Below are positions 12,940-23,591 of a stretch of 64,000 bases of DNA, in pieces. The stretch comes from Heterodontus francisci (lineage: Eukaryota): positions 496,001-560,000 of the forward strand of contig NW_027142279.1 in the NCBI RefSeq assembly GCF_036365525.1, read 5' to 3'. The notes beneath the pieces were generated by a model, which searched no databases, was not told the origin of the DNA, and saw only the letters and a program-made list of their open reading frames with translations. The translations under genes were made by a program, and so were the position numbers. Position 1 is the first letter of the stretch. Every line of letters starts with the position of its first letter.

Positions 12940-13207
12940 GATGGCGGTGTACTTGTCATGTCTCTGAGCTGGTAATCCAGAGGATGGGGATAATCTCCAG
13001 GGGACATGCGTTCGAATCCCACCAGGTCAGATGGCGGAATTTAAATTCAATTAATGAATAAATATAATTATTTCATCAGAAAATCTGCAATTGAAAGCTA
13101 GTCTCAGTTAAGGGGCCCTGTCACCCAGCTGGCTCACTCATGTCTTTTAGTGAAGGAAATCCGCCGTCCTTACCTGGTCTGGTCTACATGTGACTCCAGA
13201 CCCACAG
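12940..13207 (+). mobile_element. tRNA-derived shark SINE, 5' part (copies at ~6808-7027 and ~19120-19387)
   Basis: Pol III B-box-like GTTCGAATCC at about 13010 in a body matching a recalled elasmobranch SINE. Interrupted at 13207 by an antisense CR1 3' end. Confidence 0.65.
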
Positions 13208-14545
13208 AACACAAGAAATAGGAGCAGGTGTAGACCATATATCCCATCGAGCTTGCTCCATCATTCAATACAATCGTGGCTGATCTTGGGCTTCAATTCC
13301 ACTTTCCTGCCTACTCCCCATATCCCTTGATTTCCTGAGGGATCAGAAATCCCAGCCTTAAATGTATTCAATGAAGGAGCATCCACAACACTCTAGGGTA
13401 GAAAACTCCAAAGATTCACAACCCTTTGAGTGAAGCAATTTCTCCTCATCTCAGTTCGGAATGATTGATCCCCTGTCCTGAGATTTCTCATTACCTCCTT
13501 TTTTGAAAAGCCGTGTAACATTTGTCAGCGTTCAATCCGATGGCACCATTCCTGAATCTAAGGAATTCTGGAAAATCATAGCCAGTGCCTCCACTATCTC
13601 TGCAGCTATCTCTTTTAGAACCCTGGGATGTAATCCATCTGCTCCAGGGGACTTGTCGCATTTTAATCCCTCAAATTTCTCGTAGACTTTTTCTCAATTG
13701 ATATGAAAATCCTTAATTGCCTCACTCTTTTTAGCCCCCAGATAACTTCCTATTTCTGGTATGGAACTTGTGTCTTCTACTGTGAAGACAGACACAAAAT
13801 ATTTTTTCAATTCCCCTATTCCCCATGATAATTTCTCCTGTCTTTACCTCTAAGGGACCAACATCAACTTTAGCTACTCTCTTACTTTTTATGTAAAAGC
13901 TCCCACCATCTGTTTTTATATTGCTGGTTAGCTTATTCGCAAATTTTATTCCCACATCCAATGAAAGAAACTAAACCATGTCTTCATCCAGCCCTGTCAG
14001 TATGACGTGCTATTTCCTACTCCCTAATGTTTTTATCCAGCATCCATTTACATATATCTGTTTGTACACATCATTTATTTCTGTGTGCCAGCGAATTCCA
14101 CATTCTCACCACTGTATAAATTCATTTCTTGGAGTTATTAGTGAGTATGATGTATTCATGACCTTCCCGACAAGTGCAGGCATCTTCTCTACCTCTACCC
14201 TATTATATTCCTTCATAATCTTGAACACCTCTAACAGGTCACCCTCAGCATTGTCCTCAGCACTTCAGGTGTCGTCTAAACAAAGCCTGTAGAGATAAGA
14301 ATTATGCACAGAGCTCCAGGTGTGGTCTAACCGAGGTACGGGTTGAAGAGCCGTTCGATGAACCATTATACAGGTGTGGGCAGAGAAAGTGTGTGTTGTC
14401 TGTCTGGAGGTTGTGGGGAGTTAGAACATGGGCGTTCTGCCACTCGAACGGGCACTGAACAGGTGCAGATCCGCATCCGATCAGCCAGGGCTGCTCTTCA
14501 CCGAATGCTGGGTTAAATGCACCCGTTTGAAGGGAAACGTGTGAG

Positions 14546-14584
14546 GGTTTTTGTCAAGGCGGCCAATGACTCTGAACCGCTGTG
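14546..14584 (-). other. 23-RSS of V5
   Basis: CACAGCG (14578-14584), 23 nt, ACAAAAACC (14546-14554). Confidence 0.92.
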
Positions 14585-15318
14585 TCCCATCACCAGCTGC
14601 ACAGAAATACACCGCCTCGTCCGTGGCGTTCACACTCTCCATCGTCAGAGTGGATTTCTTATTGTTCAGAGTCCTGGTAATAACAAACCCGCTCTTAAAT
14701 CCATCTTCATACTGAGGTTCACTGCCGAGGTAAACAGAGCCCATTGAGAGGAATCCTCTGCCGGGGGACTGACGATACCAGGACATGTAGTCGCGAATCT
14801 TTCCGTTCTGCAGACAGTTCATTTCCACGGGTCCTGGTTGTTTAACAGCCAGTGACTGAGGCCATTGATGTATCACATCACACCGGCAAACACCTAGAAA
14901 GAGAAATTAGAGGGAATGAACTAGTATCGATGGAGTTACAATTGAGACGATGGGTGTCGGTGTTGCACCAAATTAACGACGGAAATTCGGTCTGTGTCCT
15001 AATTTCCTACAAGTACCTGGATCTTTACAAATGTAAAATAGAATCGTGGAATCCACAAGTTTGCAAGTGGGTGCAAACATTAAAGAGTTATCATCATATT
15101 AATAACACTTGTCTTCCCAAACTAGGGGACAGATGAATGAGTTCACTGTCTGATATGAAATAATCGATTACTGATTTCACAGGTCACCGCTGCTCAGTTT
15201 TATTGAGATCATTAATCATCCCTTTCAGTTGATCAAATGTAGAAGAGTGATTGGGACAGAATCTTAACCTACTCAGCGCCAGAAGGGAAATAGCAAAGAC
15301 GATGAAACTGAAAGGCAT
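14585..15318 (-). CDS. TRBV: TCR beta-type V gene segment V5 (family B); leader 15273-15318, V exon 14585-14893
   Basis: Duplicate of V3 with intact splice sites and an open frame to YFCAAGDG. Confidence 0.88.
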
Positions 15319-16365
15319 GTTTGCGGTGGATCTGAGAGACTTTCTGCTGGTTACTCTGGGTTTTAAGGGAGGGAGAGAGATGAGGTGTAGGCAGAGCGGA
15401 TCGTCATCAGAGGAAGTTATCTCAAGGCAATGATCCCCGCCCCTACCTTTAAGTTGTATCCCATTCTTTTGTTTGCTTCCTTCCGCCCCTTTCCACTTGT
15501 TTCTTCTCTCCATTTCCCTCCTTCCACCCCACCTTCTACTCTGCTGCCAATATCTTCACTCTCTTCCCTTTGTGAGCTTGCTTTCATGCTGAATCGAGGG
15601 AAATTTTGAAGGTAGCGAGGTGTTGGAGAGGGTAGGTGAAAAAAACAAGGGGCGGTGCAACGATAGCTGCTTTGAGTGACTCCAGAGCTTATGGCGCACA
15701 ACAGGGGATTATTAACATCCTTTTGCAAATTAAAATCAGTAGTGGAGGAAGAGAAGGTGGATAGTTCGATGGCAGCGGCGGCGGCTCATATAACATCACT
15801 GTAAAGTGGCAATCTAACTGCATTTAGCCTTTAAAGTGAAAAGATTGCAGAAGCAGAGGAATTGACTCATTGATCAGCGGCGCCAAAGCCTGTGGTGGCG
15901 CGAAATATAGTGGAGCCACTGCGCCGACCAGTGGCAGCATGGTGCAACTGCAACAAGCTGTGTTTGTTACTTTCCCAGTGAAACCCATTGCTCTTTCGGA
16001 GAGCCAGTGCAGACACGATGGGCCGAATGGCCTACTTCTGTGCTGTAACAATTCAGCGATTATGAATGTCGATGACAACTGGCAATATTTTGATTTCAAT
16101 TGTTAACCAGATGATCAATATTGTGTAATATTTGTGATGGATTCAAATGTTACAGGATGATATTCGAAGATACTAAGATGTATCTATCCATTGGTCTGTT
16201 TATAACTCTGTCTTTCAGGCTACCGAGCCATCTATTTATCTCTATAAGAGCTGGTTGGCAGCTGAAAGATACAGATGTAGACTCGCAAAGGCAACCAGAC
16301 AAAGTCAGACCCCGAGACGGCGAGGAGATGAACAGAAGAGGATAGCTGTAGCAATGAACCTGAGT

Positions 16366-16404
16366 GGTTATTGTCATAGTGTGGAAGGGGTTTGAAGCAT
16401 TGTG
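16366..16404 (-). other. 23-RSS of V6
   Basis: CACAATG (16398-16404), 23 nt, ACAATAACC (16366-16374). Confidence 0.9.
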
Positions 16405-17209
16405 CTCCTTCAGTGGCGGCGCAGTAATACATCGCCCTATCTCCGGGGCCTGCAGTCTGAATTTTCAGAGTGCTCCTTTGAATGTCAGCTCTCACCACCT
16501 CGAATCCAATCTCGAACCCTTCCTGGAAAGCCGGCTTGCTCCCAGACACGTCCGTCACCAGAAGCTCGGGGCCTTGCCTGTGGTGCTGGCGGTACCAGAG
16601 CATGGTGATGTGCTCCGTGTCCTTCTGCTGACAGGTCAGTGTTGCGCTCTCCCCATGTCCCAACGTCAGTTCACTGGGTGTCTGGGACACTGAGGCGCAT
16701 CGACAACAATCGAGGGCAGTGGGAAGGGGGGAGAAAGGAAAGGGTCCAAGATTCAGTTAACGCAGCCACATCAGGAAAAGTCTGCAGTGCATCCCAGTGC
16801 ATTTTCTGATCGAATATGAGCTCAGACAATCATCCAACATGTGAAGGAGGCCGTTCATCCCAGCAGGCCTGTGCTAGCTCTTTGAAAAAGCTATGCAATG
16901 AGTTCATTCCCCAACTTTTCTCATCTCAATTTAGTTTTAAATGTAATTTATTCCAGTTTTCTAAGAATAAGAGTGAGGTCCTGTCTGGCAGATCATGCAC
17001 CGGTTATAGAAGCAAATATCAGTGCAAAGTAACTCAATGTCTGTTTCTATATGAAGGGGACAATGACAACATCAATGAACGATATTACATACGGATCATT
17101 AAGTGTATTTCTTAAAGAAACTCAGGTTAAATGAAACAATAATAGCATTCTGAAGTTACTTACGCGGCATCAGCAATGAAAAGGCCCAGAGCAGGAGTTT
17201 GAATTCCAT
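16405..17209 (-). pseudogene. TRBV: TCR beta-type V segment V6 (family C), open frame but mutated splice acceptor; leader 17164-17209, V exon 16405-16710
   Basis: Duplicate of V4. The acceptor reads ...ccctCG| (16711-16712) instead of ...ccctAG|. Leader, frame and RSS are otherwise intact. Confidence 0.75.
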
Positions 17210-20111
17210 CTTGGTGAGGTAACCAAGATGTGGTCTGGCAGCAGGAGAGGTGGGAAGAATGTGGCACCTCTTGTTGAAGACATGGGGGAAAAAGTGCAAC
17301 ATAGACGACTGGAAATGGCGTCACGGATATTGCAAGCCTGAAAGTAAGGGAGAGGAAGTGAGTTATCATGGCAGGGGATTGCTTCAACTGTTGAGCTTCC
17401 AGTCCACGGTCATCTGAGATTGAAGTGTTGTTAACTCGCTCAGATCCTCGTTCCACAAAACAATTGTGGGGCATGAGTGGAATTACTTCTATTTCATTCA
17501 ATGGGTTGAGTAGGGTCCACGGTGTGATCAGGTATTAGTTGGTATAGGGGAGCCCAGAGCAGGAGTTGCTGAATAAAATAACGCCTACAAACGTGTGATC
17601 AGAGCCATCGATTTAAAATAAACCACAGTTATTCTGGGAGTCGATTGCAAATCTGTTAGCGAATTCTAAAATATTCTATTAGCAATAGCATATGTGAACA
17701 GAAATGCGAGTAGGGCAGAGTCAGAACAGCAGAGGAGGAGCACGTTCGGCCCTTCGAGTCCGTGTGAGCTCTCTGTACAGCAATCCAGTTAGTCCCATTC
17801 CCCAAGCAAGTTTATTTCTCTCCAAGTTCACATCCAATTACATTTTGAAATCATTCATTCTCTCTGCTTCCAGCATCCAGGTAGGCAGTGAGTTCCACAT
17901 CATTACACCGCGCTGCGTAAACAAAATATGCCTCACATCACCCCTGTATCTCTTCCCCAAAACCTTCCATCTGTGTCCCCTAGTCCTTGTATCCATCAGC
18001 TCATGGGAACAGATTTTCTTTGTCTATTTTCCTAAACCTCTCTTCATTTTGTGCACTTCTGTCAAATCTCCCCTCAATTTCCTATGCTCCAAGGAGAACA
18101 ACCACAGCTTCACCAAACTAACCATGCAGCTAAAATCTCTCATCCCTGGAACCATCCCGGTAGATCGCCTCTGCGCCCTCTCAAGGACCTTACATCCTTC
18201 CCAAAGTGTGGTGACCAGAATCGGGCTCAATGCTCAAGTTGGGGCCGAACCAAAACCTCATATATGTTGAGCATAACTGCCCTGCTTTTGTACTTTATAC
18301 CTCTATTCATGAATCCCAAGATCCCATAAGCTTCGTGAACCTCTATCTCAATATGTCCTGCCACCTTCAGTGATCTATGCACATTAACCCCCAGGTCCCT
18401 CTGTCCTTGAACACTCTTCAGGCCTGTGTCATTAAGTCTGTATTTCCTCTATCTTCCTTCTGCCAAAATGCATCACCTGATAGCAATGTATTTCACTGTT
18501 AACTGCCTCTGAAATGGGCTAGCAAGTCATTCAGTTCAGGGCAATTCGGCATAGGTAATGAATGCTGACATTGTCAGTGATATGCACTTCCCTTAATATG
18601 TGTTTTTATATAAAATTCCTCCTTCTCCATTTTTCTTTCACTGTTTTCTGACTTTGCTTCTCTTTACTTCCTTCCGATCATCTGTTTTAGTATATCACAA
18701 GTGTTGCTCAAACCATTCACTATGAACGAGCAGACTTGGGGAAATCCAATTGTCTATTTTGTGTGGAATGGTTATGATTCTAATCTGTTTCAGTGTTAGT
18801 GGAATTGACTATTAGGTAGATTGGTCAAGTCACTGCTGCTTTGCTCGCTCAGTCTTCACAGAAGCAAGTGGGACTCAGGCTGCGGTGGAGCTCCATCCCC
18901 ATCTCGTGGCTGTAATGTGTAACTACAGGCACCTGAGATTTGCAAAGTGCAATCGATAAAATAGGCATTGTGAAGACATGCTTTGAAATTTCTCCGTCTT
19001 CCCATTTTTTATCCATTGCTTTGGCTGGTGTCGCTAGTGACATCGAATTAGATTTAATATGCAGCACAAATTCAGGCTATTCGTCCCGATGGGACCATGT
19101 TCCAGACTAGCCTGGGGCAGATGGCGGTGTCGATGTCATGTCACTGAGCTGGTAATCCAGAGGCTAGAGTGAATCTCCAGGGGACATGCGTTCGAATCCC
19201 ACCAGGTCAGATGGTGGAATTTAAATTCAATGAATGAATAAATACAATTATTTCATTGGAAAATCTGCAATTGAATGCTAGTCTCAGTTAAGGTGCCCTG
19301 ACACCCAGCTGGCTCACTCATGTCTTTTAGGGAAGGGAATCCGCCGTACTTACCTGGTCTGGCCTGCATGTTACTCCAGACCCACAGAACACAAGAAATA
19401 GGAGCAGGTGTAGACCATATATCCCATTGAGCCTGCTCCGTCATTCAATACAATCATGGCTGATCTTGGTTTCCAATTCCACTTTCCTGCCTGCTCCCCA
19501 TATCCCTTGATTTCCTGAGAGATCAAAAATCCCAGCCTTAAATATATTCAATGAAGGAGCATCCACAACACTCTGGGATAGAGAATTCCAAAGATTCACA
19601 ACACTTTGAGTGAAGTCATTTCTCCTCATCTCAGTCCGGAATGATTGATCCCTTATCCTGAGATTTCTCACTAGCTCCTTTTTTGAAAAGCCGTGTAACA
19701 TTTGTCAGCTTTCAATCTGATGGGACTATTCCTGAATCTAAGGAATTCTGGAAAATCATAGCCAGCGCATCCACTCTCTCTGCAGCTATCTCTTTTAGAA
19801 CTCTAGTATGTAATCCATCTGGTCCAGGGGACTTGTCAGATTTTAATCCCTCAAGTTTCTCCAAGACTTTTTCTCATTTTATAAGAATATCCTTAATTTC
19901 CTCACTCTTTTTAGGCCCCAGATTACTGCCTATTTCTGGTATGGAACTTGTGTCTTCTACTGTGAAGACAGGAACAAAATATTAGTTCAATACCCCTGCC
20001 ATTTCCTCATTCCCCATGATGATTTTTCCTGTCTTTACCTCTAAAGAAACAACGTCAACTTTAGCTACTCCCATGCTTTTTATGTAAAAACTCCAACCAT
20101 CTGTTTTTATG

Positions 20112-21000
20112 CTCAACAACAACCTCAACAGGAAAAAATCACCAACCAATTCAACAACAACGTCAGCAGAATGAAAACACCAACAACCTCAACAGCAGTA
20201 AAACACCAACTTGTTCAACAACAACCTCGACAGAAGAGATCCACCAACAAATGCTGCAATTTCTATAGGATAAAATCACCAACAAATTCAACAACAACCT
20301 CAACAGTGGAAAATCACCAACAAATTCAACAACAACCTCAACAGGATAAAAGCTCCAAAAAATTCAACAACAACCTCGACAGGAGTGAAACACCAACAAT
20401 TTCAACAACAACCTCAACAGGAGAGAAGCAACAACAAATTTAACATCAACTTCAGCAGGATAAAATCAACAACAAATTCAACAACAACCTCAACAGGAGA
20501 GAAACACCAACAAATGCAACACCAATTTCAGTAGGATAAAACACCAGCAAATTCAGCAACAACCTCAATAGGAGAAAAACACCAACAAATTCGACAACAA
20601 CCTCAACAGGAGGAAATCACCAACAAATTCGACAACAACCTCAACAGGGGAGAAACACCAACAAATTCAACAACAATCTCAACACAGAAAATTATCAACA
20701 AATTCAACAACAATTTCAGTAGGATAAAACACCAGCATATTCAGCAACAACCTCAACAGGAGAGAAACACCAACAGAACGACAACAACCTCAACAGGAGA
20801 AAATCACCAACAAATTCGACAACAACCTCAACAGGAGAGAAACACCAACAAATTCAGCAACAACCTCAACAAGAGAGAAACACCAACAAATTCAACAACA
20901 ACGTCAACAGGAGAAAGCCACCAACAAATTCAACAACAACCGCAACAGGAGAAAAACGCAAACAAATTTAACAACATCTTCAGTAGGATAAAAACACTAA
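20112..21000 (+). repeat. CAA-rich minisatellite, ~36-37-bp unit (caacaaattcaacaacaacctcaacaggagaaaacac)
   Basis: Direct tandem copies. Related arrays at ~24950-25290 (+), ~27095-27780 (reverse complement) and ~28980-29430 (+). Confidence 0.9.
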
Positions 21001-22366
21001 CATTATCAGAGGGATAGATCAGAGCAAGCTAATGGGATGTTTTACACTAGCTGCACAGCTGTTTGATAGAGTACAAAGGGAGAAATTATTTCCCCTGCTG
21101 GAGCTTCAGAGAACAGAGAACTCAGATATAGGATCATGACTAACAGTTTCAGAGGGATAGATCAGGAGAATCTGTTTAAACCAGTGAGTTATAATATGTA
21201 ACACTCTGCCTGAAAGTGAGAGGGAAGCAGATTCAAGAGGAAGTTTCAAAAAGGCAGTTGGACAAAACCTTGAAGTTGAAACGAAATGCAGGGCGATTGG
21301 GGAGGAGCAGGGAGTGGGAGAAATTGAATAGGGGAGATGCAAAACTCTTTTGGGCCTCCTTATCTCGAGAGACAATGGATATGCGCCCGGAGGTGGTCAG
21401 AGGGTCACCAATATAAGGCAGTTACTAATAAATCCAATAGGCAATTCAGAATCAATGACTTTACCCAGGGAGTGGGGAGAATCTGGAACCCGCATTAACA
21501 GAGTGGGTTTAGGCCACTAGTGGAGATGCATTTAAGTGGGAGACTATATGAGGACATGTGGGATAAAGGTACAGAAGGAGGTGCTGATAGGGTAAGATGC
21601 AGAGGGATGGAAGGAGGATGATATGTGTTGCATTGGGTAGCTCTTTCGAACAGCCGGGCCAGGCTCAATGGGCTGAATGGCCTTTGCCTCTGCTGCATGA
21701 TTCTATAAACAAATAAGACGCATCAAGTTGCTTGTTTGTATTAGGCAGATCAAAATTAATTTCCCCTGTGCTAAACAACAATTCAAGGGTTATGTTTTAC
21801 ATTGGGGTGAAATCTTAGATACTTTGAAAAGCGACAGTGTCATGAAGAAGTGGGTTAACTATTTTAAACAGATGCTCAAACCGCCGTCAGGAGGCAGGTG
21901 TTCCAGTGAGAGACCTATCTGGGGAGGTGTCTCACTTTTGCATTGTATGAATCATTGGGGACATGTACAATAGGGAGCTATGTGTAACTCTTGTCCTAAT
22001 CCACCGACAGCTCATTCAACAGGACCATGAACCCATTTACCCCACCTCGGAATCTGTTCTTTACAGGTCGAGGCTGCCTTAACGAGAAGGATCTGAGCAC
22101 ATTGCTGCAGCATTTTTAATAATTCATAATGTATTGATGTACTCTGAGTCGAAGGAGAGCAAGAAGATGAAACTATCAGTAAAATACAAATCATGATATA
22201 TCAATAATTAAACTGGTATGGTGTAAAGAATGGTGTTCGATAGATGATAAACGTCAGATATATGGTGGATGCATATTTAGAGAGGTGAGAGACAGGTAGA
22301 TAGATAACTCGGTGACAAATATGTATATGATCGAGGTACATAGATAGACAAATAGTGCAATGTAAC

Positions 22367-22502
22367 NNNNNNNNNNNNNNNNNNNNNNNNNNNNNNNNNN
22401 NNNNNNNNNNNNNNNNNNNNNNNNNNNNNNNNNNNNNNNNNNNNNNNNNNNNNNNNNNNNNNNNNNNNNNNNNNNNNNNNNNNNNNNNNNNNNNNNNNNN
22501 NN
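22367..22502. other. Assembly gap (136 N)
   Basis: Run of N. Confidence 1.
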
Positions 22503-22596
22503 GCGACACAGAAACCCGCAGATAGTCAGAGAGACAGAAAGACACTGAGATAGACAGACAGGTTGAACACCCACAAGTGCTTTCCTCCCCCTTTAG

Positions 22597-22635
22597 AGTT
22601 TTTGCTGAACTCCGGCGCCTTTCTGAGTCACTGTG
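22597..22635 (-). other. 23-RSS of V7
   Basis: CACAGTG (22629-22635), 23 nt, GCAAAAACT (22597-22605). Confidence 0.92.
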
Positions 22636-22936
22636 CAGACTCCAGGCACAGTAATACACGGCTGATTGATTCACCAACAGGCTGGAGGACTCCAGGTAAA
22701 AATGGGTGTTGTCGGGTCTCCTGGCGGTGAAACCGTCCACCTCACCGGAGGCGGTGACCGTTCCGGCAGAGGTGGAATAGAAAAGGTTCTCGTGCTCACG
22801 GTCCGGATGCCACCGGTACCAGTAGACATCGGAGCCAGCATCTGCCTTTGTGTAAATACACTGGATACTGACTGGAGAGCCTGGGGAATAGGATATGGAA
22901 GCGGGAACCTGCTGGATCAACATGGCCCCCACATCT

Positions 22937-22968
<32 letters not shown>

Positions 22969-23591
22969 TAAACCCAGGGACAATGTTTAAATTGATATCG
23001 GCCACGAAGAGGGGAGAGGCACGATGGGCTGAATGACCTACTGTGTGCCCTAAATGTCCCGTGTTTCTATGTAAGAAGGGAGAGGTGGGAGATGGGGAGC
23101 TGCAAAGAGAGAGAGAGAGACATAGAGTGAAAAAGAGTGAGAGAAAAAGAGAGAAGCAGAGAGAGAGAGAGAGAGAGAGAATGAAAAAGAGCGAGAGAAA
23201 ATCAGAGAAGCAGAGAGAGAGAGAGAGAGAGAGAGAGGGAAGCACAGACAGAGGGAGAAAAACAGCAACATTCTAGACATGGGCAACAGACATGAAGGAG
23301 CTAATAGGACAGGGAGAGAGAGCAAGAGAGACAGAGAGAAAGGGAGAGTGGGAGGGACAGACATAGAGGAACAAATATCGTTAGACAGAGAGAAAGAGAG
23401 AGAGAGGAAGGAATACAAAACGAGAAAGAGAGCAGCTGAAATAACTATCACAGTGACGGTGCCTAGTAAGGGGGTAAACCCCCAATGGGGTCACACAGGC
23501 AAAGAGCAGTGAGGATGACTGGCATCTCTCAGTCGAGTTCCACCTTACCCCTTAACACCAGCAACACAACCCAGAGGTGAGACACAGTCAT
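22636..23591 (-). CDS. TRBV: TCR beta-type V gene segment V7 (family D, CAWS-type); leader 23549-23591, V exon 22636-22934
   Basis: Leader MTVSHLWVVLLVLR with G|GTAAGG donor. Acceptor ttacag after a (CT)n tract. V exon DVGAMLIQQVP..IQC..VYWYRW..NQSAVYYCAWSL. Confidence 0.87.

Larger units (their letters stand above)
5716..20110. repeat. Tandem segmental duplication, ~6.1-6.2-kb unit: two full copies plus a partial third
   Basis: Homologous blocks start at about 5716, 11790 and 17975. V3/V5 are offset by 6168 bp and V4/V6 by 6183 bp. The third copy stops at about 20110, before its V genes. Confidence 0.92.

Noticed and set aside
13000-13030. tRNA-like GTTCGAATCCC
   Set aside because: Part of a SINE head with no cloverleaf; not a tRNA gene.
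20171-20443. Q/T/N-rich ORFs in the CAA arrays (also 24994-25332 and 28952-29392)
   Set aside because: Translation of minisatellite; no splice or homology support.
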